Assembly: GCF_001194135.2 (NCBI RefSeq)
Contig: NC_068996.1
Span: 24,553,591-24,617,590, forward strand
From: Octopus bimaculoides
Lineage: Eukaryota
Length of the DNA: 64,000 bases
Direction of reading: 5' to 3'
The notes beneath the pieces are model-generated. The model did no database searches. It was not told where the DNA came from and was given only the letters and a program-made list of their open reading frames with translations. Made by a program: the position numbers and the translations under genes. Shown here piece by piece: positions 22,941 to 35,214 of this stretch. The first letter of the stretch is position 1. Every line of letters starts with the position of its first letter.

Positions 22941-25900
22941 ATATATACATACACAACTGGCTTCCACAGTTTTTATTTAACCAAATTCACTCACAAGGCA
23001 TTGGTCAGTCTCGAGCTATAGAAGGCACTTGCCCAAGGTAACTGCACTGTAGGACTGGACCCAAAACCACATGGTTGCAAAGTAAGTTTCTTAGCCACAC
23101 ACCCATAACTGTGCATAAATTATAGCATAAAATAAAATGAAAATAATTCAGTAGTTTTCTTTAAATTAAATAACAAGTAAATTCTCCCTCTCTCTCTATG
23201 ACTTAGATTTGAACTTAAAGCACATTGATCAGCAGCAATATAATTAAAAATGTTAAACAAGATTTATGTTGCAAATGAGATTAACAAAATATAGAATTCG
23301 ATAATAAATTTTATTAAAAAAATAATTACATATATATTTAAAAATTTCAAAATTCTTTGAACAAATGTAATAACTTTATAAATATGTAATTTATCTCGTC
23401 CTTACAAAATCAGTGAACTACATTGGTGTGAAGTTAATATCATGTAAATGTACATATCTAAAACATCAAGAATAAGTATGGTAAAACGGAGGGGAGAGGG
23501 ATCAAATTTGGGAGTAGTCGGGAAATCTTTATCTTTTTTTTTTTTGTTCTTTTTTCTGATATCAACAATTCGAGATTCATCAAACATTGATATAACTTAA
23601 TAACAAAGAAATGGCATTAAATTACTTTTTGTTTTTTTTGTTTTGCAGAAGGGGAAGGTCAAGGAGTATGATGTTCTTCTTGGTATGTGTGTGTGGGGGC
23701 ACATGCATGTGTGTGGAGGGGTGCATGTACATGTATGTGTATATATTATATATATATATATACTTTTTCTTTTTTCTTTATTTTAATTTCTTCATTGTCT
23801 TGTTCTTGAGTGAGTGAATGGGGTCACATGCGGATTAGCTCTCCTGATGTTTCTGAGGATGAAGGACTTGTTTAGACAGATGAAAATAAATACCATAACA
23901 TAATGATTAAAAATTATGCTAAAACTTTAGTTTGGAATTGATAAAAAATATGTGGGGCTCATATCTTCAGGAGGAGAGGGGAAGGAGGTGGGGTACAATA
24001 TTTTCATGACACACAAAGTGTTGAGACTTGCAGTCCTTACTCCTATTTATATGAGAAATTGGCCCAATAATGCCCTCGTGCAGTTTGTTGTCACTTCCAT
24101 AGGGACAACTATGACCTTCTAAATTACCTTAAATTCTTAAGTTGGCAGCAAATAACTCAAGGCTTTGTGACAGAGATTCAACAGATTCCTGACCCTATAA
24201 TGAATTGAAGCCTGATAATCCATCACAAAGACACCCAACAGATCAAACAAAACATAATAGTTGATCAGCAAAAGATAACAGAATGTAATATTATAAATTT
24301 AGAGAAGAAACAGACCAAGTGTTAAATACATAACAACATAGCAACTTTTGGCTTTCAGTAATTTATCATGACTAAAGTCCAGGATGATTTGTTTGCTGAG
24401 AAAAAATATTCTTAATAAGAAGAGACAAGAATTACACTGAGAAGAGCAAAACAAGAAATACCAACACAGTAGAAATGAATGCATCTTTTGGCCGAATACT
24501 GATAATTACCATTGTAGTAGATTGATTCTTGTTAACCTGTACAGTTGTGATGAAAAAGAATTCTTTTCCCTCATCAGAGTTTGTGACAACTGATGAGATG
24601 TGAGATGCTAGCAACCTTCAGTGGGCAACTATTCCTCAAGGCAATAAAATAGCCTAAGAAACTAGCCAGTCAGCCACTGAACATAAACATAGAATGCCTG
24701 ATGTAAAAATTTACCATGTAATGAAAAATAAAAATATATTAAAGAAAACAGTCCAATGGTTGATTCAAATTATCTATGAATGTTTTGGTAGTGCTTGACC
24801 AGATCTATAGCTCTGAAACTTAGAAATGTCACACATGGCAACTGTTATGTTATTTTTTTCATTGTCTGTAAACATTCTTGTGACCACGTTCTAACTAATG
24901 ATGATGCAGCCTGAATGTAGTGGGGAATTGAGAGAGGAAAACAACAAAGCTGATATTTATGAGGAACAGAGGTATATATGATAGTATGTTTCATAAATTA
25001 AGTAGAATAAAATGACAGAGTTTGATAAAACTTAAAGATCTTCAGCAGCATACACCACAATAGAAAAAAAAATTCTTGGAATAACATAACAGCTGGTATT
25101 GTCCAGTATGTGAAAACCCAACTAGATAAGAGGATAGTAAGACACATAACAGTCACATCTAGCCCCTTGATCTCTCCATCTTCCTAAACATCTCAACCAT
25201 AAATTCATATATCCCATACTGTCACAACCATCAGAACAAGTGCTGCAATGATCATCAAGAATATAGGTATGCAGCTTATAGAGGATACTGGAAAGGAGAG
25301 AATGAAGAAGATGAATCCAAAAGGAAAAAAAAAATCTCCTATCAGGAATTTAAAGAGTAGTTAACTCTACCAGATCTGGTTCGAATGAGTAGATGTATGA
25401 TTGAAGGCACTGCAGCCTTGACAATTTCATCTTCAATTCAGACAGTATATCTTAGATTATTATATGTATATATATCTCTTGAGTTTTTTAATGACTAAGT
25501 CATGTGACTTGAACATGATTTGTTTGTTGTTACTGGTCAAGAGAACAGACAGACGCTTCCTCGCTGGCTCGATTACAAGGATTTAACGAAGAAGTGCACC
25601 ATTCTCAATGCTACCTCAGCCGTAAGCATTACAGAGGAATCAAAGAGATATTGTGTGGTATGTTCTCTAACATTAAGATGAAAATGATAGATCAGCAGAA
25701 TAACAGATAACCAAAGCAATTTGCTTATTTCATTTGCAGTGTGTACCAAAGTACAATATCAGATGAACAGTTGCACTGATAAGAAATGGCAAGTATGTTT
25801 GGCAGTAAAAAAAAGATCCATCTAAACCATATTTTCAATCAATGTACTAATTAATTTGTCATTTAATTTTATCTGGATTATTACATTATGTATGTATACA

Positions 25901-26399
25901 CATAGCAAGAATAACTCATTTCCTAATCTTTATAAGAAACTATCAACACAGTTTTTATGTGTCACATGATTTTTTTTTTTTTTTTTTTTTTTGGTTCAGG
26001 TCCTAAAGAACCAAAGAAAAAAAGACCAACTCAATTACGCACTTTTTTTTTTTTTTTTTTTTTTGAGTATTATAACTGTTTCAGTTGACATGGTTCTGGT
26101 CTTGTTGCCAAAGCATTGACATCTCTGCCGGGGTCCTAGTAGCGCACTTAGCTTTGAATCAGTAACATGAGTAAAATATAATTGTCTACTGTTATAAAAT
26201 GGTGGAACAACTTGTAGACATTAAGTACTTTCCTCGGTTTCCAGAGCTCAAATAATCTACCCAAATAGTCTTGGGCTAGGCAACGGAAAAGTATCCAGAA
26301 TATACAACCTTCCACCTCACCCAACCCCAACCCCTATCCAACTGGAATCACTTCATGAAGAAAAGGGGAGTGTTTGCGATGCCCTAACTGAGTATGGGA

Positions 26400-26965
26400 T
26401 ATATTTCTATCTAGCATGTTTTAAGAATGAAATGAATGACAAATGTTGTCGTTTCTGGAGAAATTTGTTTGTTGTAACAAGGAAGAGTTCACCCGACCCA
26501 CAGTAATAACAGCATTTCCAATGTTTCATTGTATTAACAACTGTTCGATACCTTAAACAGTTTAATTTATCAATTTCTTCACCACCACCACCACCACCAC
26601 CCCATAATGTAAAACTGTTTAATGTTTGTATTTTTCATCCTTTTCTTGTTTCTTGCTTATGCTTTTTTTTTATTTTACTTTTTTTTTTATAATTTTTTTT
26701 TTTTTTTTTTTTAGATGAAATTGTCATTGAGAGCTGGCAACAAAGCAAGCTTTGATAGCTTGGACTGCAATAGTTACATTAAAAAGACATACAATATTAA
26801 AAACAAATATTAACAGACTAAAATTTTAATCTAAAAATTCACAAATTTGTAAGGATTATTGCTAAAATAAAAAAAAAACGAAATTTTTATTTTTAAAATT
26901 AAAAACAAAATGATGCATATAACGTCTATTTACACCTGATCAAGCTGAATGTGACTGTATGTATG

Positions 26966-27000
<35 letters not shown>

Positions 27001-27495
27001 GCACGCACACACACACACACACACACACACAAGTGATGTATAAAATGTATGTATGTAATTATGTATAATAATGCCTGCACAAGAATGACCACTATTGCTC
27101 TGCATTCAGTTATATAACAATAGAAATCTTTTAATATTCTCGCAAGTTCAGTCCCACCCTGCTTTGATAGTTTCATTTTATGTTTGATAATATTGTGCTT
27201 CAGGGTAAGGGACATTACATATCAGAACAAGGGGGCTATTTTCATCTGTTTCTGTTTTTCTTTCCTTTCTTTTTTTTTTCTTTTTATATTTGCTAAAGGA
27301 ATAATAATTAAGAATTATCTTCACAGTTACTCCAATAGATTAGTTGCCATCTTATCAACAAATCATACCACCAACTATGTTGTAGGAATACTTTTAAGTG
27401 AAAATACTCAATCCTCGAAAAGAAGACATAACTAAAAATTAGAAATGCATTTAAATAGCTATTTTGAAATAAATGTAAGTTTTTTCATCAGCCTT

Positions 27496-27545
<50 letters not shown>

Positions 27546-28440
27546 TACCTAAAAGCAAAATAAACTTTTTTTTCTTATACAGCATATATTAAAAAAATAA
27601 AATAATGTTAATGTATGTATATATATATCATACATGCGTGCTTGCATGCACGAGTATGTAAATAAATAAATAAATAAATCTAATACATTTGGTTTATTTA
27701 TATATATATATATATATAAATATATAATACATTTGTCATCATCATTTAATGCCCATGGAAAGCAGACATTAAATGATGCTGATGAATTATATATATTATA
27801 TTAAGTACTTTACTAGAAGCAGAAACTTTGCAAATTTCCTCGTTTCGTATTTCTGATTATCACCTGAAGAACAGAAACAAAATGGGTAAGAATTTGTAAA
27901 ATTTCTGTTCCTAATACAATATAAAACTCTGATGTTGATATTGAGTACTCTCTTTTCTCCTTGCTTACATTCTAGTGTTTACTCACACACACACACATAC
28001 ACACACACACTCAGAAAAGAGAAAGTGTGAGTGTGTGTGTGTGTGTGTGTATGTGTGTGTGTGTAAATTTGTACACATATATCTATGCATTTGAGTGTGT
28101 ATGTGAATTTATGTATATGTACTTAAATTATACACTTTATTTATGTACAAATATACATATGATTTTTTACATGATAAAAACCACACCCACACACTTTCTA
28201 TCCCTAATGATGCTTACACATACACACAATCTGCGCGCGCATACACACACACACACACACATGCAATTTTCATAAATGTACACATACAAGTAGACTGGTA
28301 GACAAGGTTTAGCAGTGTCCTTATTTGTGGATTTTCTTAATGTATACACATCACAATAATGGCCACAATTGCTCGGGTATACGTGAATGATATTTTCTCA
28401 GTCTTCTAACCTCATATCACCAGAACCAGAGTCATAAGCT
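26400..28440 (-). other. Putative 3' UTR of the ARID4-like gene (distal end uncertain)
   Basis: Follows the stop codon. Very AT-rich with A/T tracts and microsatellites and no recognisable TE copies. Candidate minus-strand AATAAA at about 27693-27698 and 26668-26673. Confidence 0.4.
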
Positions 28441-28481
28441 TTATGCACACTCAACTTCCAAGGTGGATGTGGTTTGTGAAT
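28441..28481 (-). CDS. ARID4B: Probable terminal coding exon of the ARID4-like gene (NSQTTSTLEVECA*)
   Basis: Strong acceptor ttttcttttcttttgtag|att, phase-1 compatible, TAA at 28441-28443. The C-terminal VEC echoes the vertebrate ARID4 ending ...SVECR (recalled). Confidence 0.72.
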
Positions 28482-29082
28482 CTACAAAAGAAAAGAAAAA
28501 TCAATTGCATTTTTAACTTAATTATTCCAAATATAAATTTTATGAAACAACAACTTTAAATTAATTTTGTTTTGCTTTTTTTATGGGAAAGCAATGCCAA
28601 CAAAGACAACACAGAAAACTATTTAAATAGGTTTTAAAAATCAAGAGGAAATCATAATAATTATATAATTAGGCAAATCAAATTATGTAGTAATTTCATA
28701 ATTAAAACACATTTTTACTTATGAATGGATGCTATGAATGCTTCAAGTACCTTTACTTATTAAATTTACAAATTAAGATAGATTTTAATAAAGCAATTAA
28801 AGTAATAATGTAATTAAAGTAATTGAAAGTATTGAATCAAAATCTCAGATGCAACTTAATGGTAAAAGGAATTTTTTGCTTTTTAAACATTCAAAGAACA
28901 AAAAAAGTTACACAAAAACATATAAAACAGTTTGAAACTTTAAAAAAATATATATATATAAAAGCAACACTTAGTAGGCAACACCTAAATAATACACTTT
29001 TTTTAAAATGTATTAATGCAGCAATTAGACCTTTACGTTAAAAAAAAAAAGAACCAAAAAACTCAAAATATTTTATATATAT

Positions 29083-29133
<51 letters not shown>

Positions 29134-32100
29134 TATATAAAACAGGAAAAAAGCAAAACACAAAAGTTTTTATTAATATATGAGATAGCTTATTGTAAAA
29201 CTGTAAAGCTGATAATTATTATATGCATATATGTATGTGTGGATTTGCGTGTGGCTGTGCACATCATCAGACATACTCTAGACAATTTTCTTCACCACAA
29301 ACTTAGAATTTTATTTTTTTTTTTTAGTAGAGAATAAATTTAGTTTTAATAAGCTCAATTTTACTAAAGATTTTTCTTTTACTTTCTTTATGTTAAAAAA
29401 AATTTTCATCGTTTTTTTTTCTTCTCCCATATAATTTCTATTTTAAACTTAAAAATCCCTAAAATATGAATTATAGAAACGAATACCCCAGATATCGATG
29501 CATTGAGGCAAATATAGCAAAAAATGTATTACAGTATGCATATTTCCGACGACGCTACAGCGTGCAGGCAGGCAGAGACATATTGTAAAGAAACGAAGAG
29601 AGCGGTGAATTTGACCTACATCGCAGTCAGGCAGCAGTTGGACAGCCATCAGGTGTGACGCTGTCAGAGTCAGCTGTAGCAACCATCTGCCAAAATTCTT
29701 GCCTAGTGCTGCCAACCAGCTCCATCTACCATAAATGGAAGTTTCCGTTGCAGACCCCGCTCTGGTTTGACATATCAAGTAAAATGGAATAGCCAAATAA
29801 ATTAATGAACAGGGCTTGTCAAACATAACAAACAAAAAAAGGTGCAGATATCACACAGCAAAAAAAGATACATCTCTAACGATTACAGGGAATGAGAATG
29901 CCAACTTTTAAATATTACAACTGTCATATTCCAAAATACTCAATAATAATAACAACAGAAAGGGAAATGAAAACAATATTTCGACCAACAATTTTAACTT
30001 TTGACAATTTCTATGGAAAATTTACAATAAAAAAAATTAATTCATTTAATTGAAGAATTAAAGAACGTAATTTCTTTTTAAATTTTAATATTATCTAGAA
30101 TTACCATAATATATTGTTCTTAATGTGTTTTACCAATACACACATACACACACACACACACACACATGCACGCAGCCAACATAGGAGCCACTGTTCAGCT
30201 GCTTGCTTTGTTAATAATAAAAGATAAATCTCCCTCAAATCCACCCTACAGTCTTAAATATGTAGTCCCTGATATATGAAAAGATGCGATGGCTAAGGAA
30301 AGAACATCTCTAATCGTTGTTCTACAAGACTAGAGTTGACCAGAGATCAAATGACAACAAAATATTTACACTAACACACACACGTGTGTATACGTACATA
30401 TACAGCAATACACTAATTGGCTGAAAAGCTACATAAGTGATTCAATGCCTAAGAGGTTTGTGTATAGCAATTATCAAAATCTTGGCTCTCAAGTCCCTTT
30501 GTAACTTTTCGACCAATCAGAAAATATATATATATATATAAACTCATGTATTTCACCACTTTGTATTACCTGTAACACACACACATACGCACTCCAATAT
30601 GACTGATTTCAACACCTTTAACAATATTGCCCACAAACAATATTAAATGACATTCATACTACCAGAGTCATATCCTAGTTTTTTTTTTNNNNNNNNNNNN
30701 NNNNNNNNNNNNNNNNNNNNNNNNNNNNNNNNNNNNNNNNNNNNNNNNNNNNNNNNNNNNNNNNNNNNNNNNNNNNNNNNNNNNNNNNNNNNNNNNNAAA
30801 AAAAAAAAAACAGACAGCTTAAACCATTCCAACTACAGAAGAACTATTTTGTTTTACTGTTTACTGGGAGATTTCCTTTGCTGCTCTCATTTATACGTCT
30901 GCCATAACGAAGAGCTCCCCATGTCTACTCATCTGCTACCTTTGTCTATTTCAGTGCCAACCATGTAGGACATTATGGTCTGCCTAAGAACCCACAGTAT
31001 CCAACTCCTACTGGAAGTACCATGCACTGGCACCTTCATGTTTTAGACAACTCCTTAAGCTCTCTCTCTCTCCCATTAACCAGTTAGCATTCAGATTACT
31101 CTGTGAAATGTAATGCTAGTTTATTCACACTGTTTTCAATTAATTATGCATTATCTTGTAGCTTTGAAATTTCAATCATGTGATTGTATATTTTTAGAAT
31201 GACAATGTAGGGTAGGTATGAGTGGCTGGATCCAGCCAGTTTGAACATAAAACAAGTAGTAAATTTGGGCAAGATATGGTCAGTTTAAATGCTAAAGAGT
31301 TAAAAACCACCATTTCAGATTTGTCTTCTTTACTAATGGTTTTTCATATTTTTATATGAGTCTCCTACAGTTGTTTAGAACACAAAAGTTTTTACAAAGC
31401 CTTCTCAATGCTTCTAGACTTTCTCTGTCTCATCTTCTGGACAAAATGCTAGTGACGGGTATTGCTACACAGAGCCAATATGATTGGTATTAGCATTGTT
31501 TAGTTTCTGGCAATTACATTTATACATCATCCAGAGATATGCACTCCTAACGAGTGCAACTGCAATCAACTAGACCACACAACACCAAACAAAACTACAG
31601 AGGAAAACATTAGTAAACAACACATCTATACTATAAAAAATTCCACACAAAAATAGGCAATTAATGATAGGAGCAATGATGTGAAAAATAAACATAAAGA
31701 TATCATCATCATCATCATCATCATCATCATCGTTTAACGTCCGCTTTCCATGCTAGCATGGGTTGGACAATTTGACTGAGGACTGATGAAACCGGATGGC
31801 AACACCAGGCTCCAATCTAATTTGGCAGAGTTTCTACAGCTGGATGCCCTTCCTAACGCCAACCACTCAGAGAGTGTAGTAGGTGCTTTTACGTGTCACC
31901 CGCACGAAAACGGCCACGCTCGAAATGGTGTCTTTTATGTGCCACCNNNNNNNNNNNNNNNNNNNNNNNNNNNNNNNNNNNNNNNNNNNNNNNNNNNNNN
32001 NNNNNNNNNNNNNNNNNNNNNNNNNNNNNNNNNNNNNNNNNNNNNNNNNNNNNNNNNNNNNNNNNNNNNNNNNNNNNNNNNNNNNNNNNNNNNNNNNNNN

Positions 32101-33689
32101 NNNNNNNNNNNNNNNNNNNNNNNNNNNNNNNNNNNNNNNNNNNNNNNNNNNNNNNNNNNNNNNNNNNNNNNNNNNNNNNNNNNNNNNNNNNNNNNNNNNN
32201 NNNNNNNNNNNNNNNNNNNNNNNNNNNNNNNNNNNNNNNNNNNNNNNNNNNNNNNNNNNNNNNNNNNNNNNNNNNNNNNNNNNNNNNNNNNNNNNNNNNN
32301 NNNNNNNNNNNNNNNNNNNNNNNNNNNNNNNNNNNNNNNNNNNNNNNNNNNNNNNNNNNNNNNNNNNNNNNNNNNNNNNNNNNNNNNNNNNNNNNNNNNN
32401 NNNNNNNNNNNNNNNNNNNNNNNNNNNNNNNNNNNNNNNNNNNNNNNNNNNNNNNNNNNNNNNNNNNNNNNNNNNNNNNNNNNNNNNNNNNNNNNNNNNN
32501 NNNNNNNNNNNNNNNNNNNNNNNNNNNNNNNNNNNNNNNNNNNNNNNNNNNNNNNNNNNNNNNNNNNNNNNNNNNNNNNNNNNNNNNNNNNNNNNNNNNN
32601 NNNNNNNNNNNNNNNNNNNNNNNNNNNNNNNNNNNNNNNATGTATATGTATATGTATATGTATATTCTCTCGATGATTGTCAAATATTCAAATTCTGGGA
32701 GTAATGTTAACATAAATCATATTGGCCCTTCACGGCAGCAACACACTCTAACACTACATCATCTTGAAGATGAGATCATGAAGCAGTCTAGAAATGCAGC
32801 TGATGGATTGAAGCAAAGCTCATTATGGCAAACAAAATGGAAGTGACTCATGAATATATGGAAGAAAACTAAAACGGTAAATAAATGCTTAAAGGAAAAG
32901 TGTGTGTGCGTGTGCGTCTGCACATGTTCGTGCATGTGGGTGGGTGCTTGCACACACACAAACATGAATCTGTGTTTGTTCAGACAATAGTACTTACAAG
33001 ACTTCATAGATATGGATGAAGTAGAGGTGATCGGGTGGAATAAAATAAGGTTCTGTTGTGTTGTTGAAACTGCATAAGAGCTGAATAAAGTTTGTGAATG
33101 AAGCAAGCATATGCGAACAATGACCTTTGACGGTTTGGCCAATTTCAAAGAACAGTCATTTTCTTTTTCTCGTTCTTTTCCTCTCTATCTACCAGTCAAC
33201 TGTTCTAGATTCATCCCCAAGACATTGACAAAATAAACATCACAACACAAACAAGAAAAATGAATGGTACCACAGTTATTTTAGATTACAAATGGTAAAC
33301 ATTAGCAGTTTTCCAGTAGACCAATCACTAGTTCACTGTACTTATGACAGCAAGGAAGTATCTGTAACTCATGATTAAACCCCAAAGTGAGCTTCTTAAC
33401 TGCACAACTGTTTTGACATAAAGATAAATGACTCATCAGAACACACACATTAATGGCATTTTTTATATATAATGCCATTAGTATGTCACAAGCTATTATA
33501 TTTGTACGGTAAATAAAAGTAAGAATGGGTGACACTTCATGACTTTTGTAATGCCACTGCAAACATGACAAATAAAATAACAAAATACATTTCAGGATGT
33601 ATCATTTATTCATTAATCCAGTATGACATAACACTAAGTAATGTAACCAAGTGAAACACAAGTTTAGTGCTACAGCTCTTTAAATTAGT

Positions 33690-34005
33690 AGACCTATCTG
33701 TCATGTACACAGTACAGGGAATTATACCACACTGTAGTACCTACTTACAGCTAGGTAGACTAGACTGTTGACAGTTCAGTGTGTTGGTCATGTACACAGT
33801 ACAGGGACCTATACCACACTATGGCACCTATTTACAGCTAGGTAGACTGGACCGTTGACAGTTAAGTGTTTTGCTCATGGACAGAGTACAGTGAACTATA
33901 TCAAACTACTTAGAGTTAGGTAGACTGGAATGTTGACAATTGTGTACCTACTTAAGGCTAAGTAGACTGAACTGTTGACAGTTAAGTGTGTTGCTCATGG
34001 ACACA
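33690..34005. repeat. Minisatellite, ~87-bp unit, ~3.5 diverged copies
   Basis: Unit tcatgtacacagtacaggga...ctaggtagactagactgttgacagttcagtgtgttgg restarts at 33701, 33788 and about 33875. Confidence 0.85.
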
Positions 34006-34060
34006 ATATAATTTATTGGTCATTTGTGTGTGCATGTGCACATGTGTTGAACATTCTTAA

Positions 34061-35214
34061 CCCTTTCGTTACTATATTTCTGGCCAAAATACACCCCTCA
34101 TGAGTTTCAATTAAATTCTAAAATAATCATGAATTTAGACTAGTCTCATTAAACACCTGTAACTTTTTTATTTATCAACATATTAATGTGATATTTGGAA
34201 CATAATTAAAGAAAGGGTTCTTAATCAATTCTATTGCATAAGTTTTGTCTCACAGTTCTCCACGTACNNNNNNNNNNNNNNNNNNNNNNNNNNNNNNNNN
34301 NNNNNNNNNNNNNNNNNNNNNNNNNNNNNNNNNNNNNNNNNNNNNNNNNNNNNNNNNNNNNNNNNNNNNNNNNNNNNNNNNNNNNNNNNNNNNNNNNNNN
34401 NNNNNNNNNNNNNNNNNNNNNNNNNNNNNNNNNNNNNNNNNNNNNNNNNNNNNNNNNNNNNNNNNNNNNNNNNNNNNNNNNNNNNNNNNNNNNNNNNNNN
34501 NNNNNNNNNNNNNNNNNNNNNNNNNNNNNNNNNNNNNNNNNNNNNNNNNNNNNNNNNNNNNNNNNNNNNNNNNNNNNNNNNNNNNNNNNNNNNNNNNNNN
34601 NNNNNNNNNNNNNNNNNNNNNNNNNNNNNNNNNNNNNNNNNNNNNNNNNNNNNNNNNNNNNNNNNNNNNNNNNNNNNNNNNNNNNNNNNNNNNNNNNNNN
34701 NNNNNNNNNNNNNNNNNNNNNNNNNNNNNNNNNNNNNNNNNNNNNNNNNNNNNNNNNNNNNNNNNNNNNNNNNNNNNNNNNNNNNNNNNNNNNNNNNNNN
34801 NNNNNNNNNNNNNNNNNNNNNNNNNNTATCGTTCACCACGTGCTTTTGTAGCTCATTCATTCTTTTCTTCGATATCTCCATATCTTCTGCTGAAAAACCT
34901 TCAAATTCGGAATCACTGCTTGATAGCATGAAACTCCTCTCCATCTTCAAAGTTGAAAAAAATCAACGACGCAAAAAATGTGGAAAGAAATCTTCCAAAA
35001 TTCACTGAGTTCAAATATCAGGCCAAACAATGTGGGAGACAATAACTCAACTGTTTGCAAAGTGAAATCAGGTGTTTTAACGACTGTATTAACGAGATTT
35101 GGGTTCAAATATACATTTAAATAACAATGGGTATGCTCGGCCGGCTACGGCCGGGTTAGTCTTATGAACCAAAAATTTTTTGGGCCGGCTACGGCCGAGT
35201 TAGTAACGAAAGGG
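34061..35214 (-). mobile_element. piggyBac-like element (non-autonomous or partly in gap)
   Basis: TTAA at 34057-34060 and 35215-35218; perfect 14-bp TIR CCCTTTCGTTACTA; acidic N-terminal ORF start MERSFMLSSSDSEFEGFSAEDMEIS running into the 34268-34826 gap. Confidence 0.85.

Noticed and set aside
23649-23682. Plus-strand mini-exon ttttgcag|...|gtatgt (KGKVKEYDVLL)
   Set aside because: No partner exons or recognisable plus-strand gene; T-tracts here are better explained as minus-strand A-rich UTR-like sequence.
25611-25618. let-7 8-mer site CTACCTCA
   Set aside because: It is on the plus strand, opposite to ARID4, and about one such hit is expected by chance in 64 kb.
33690-34005. Repeat array as CRISPR-like
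   Set aside because: Contiguous diverged units without unique spacers, no cas genes, eukaryotic context.
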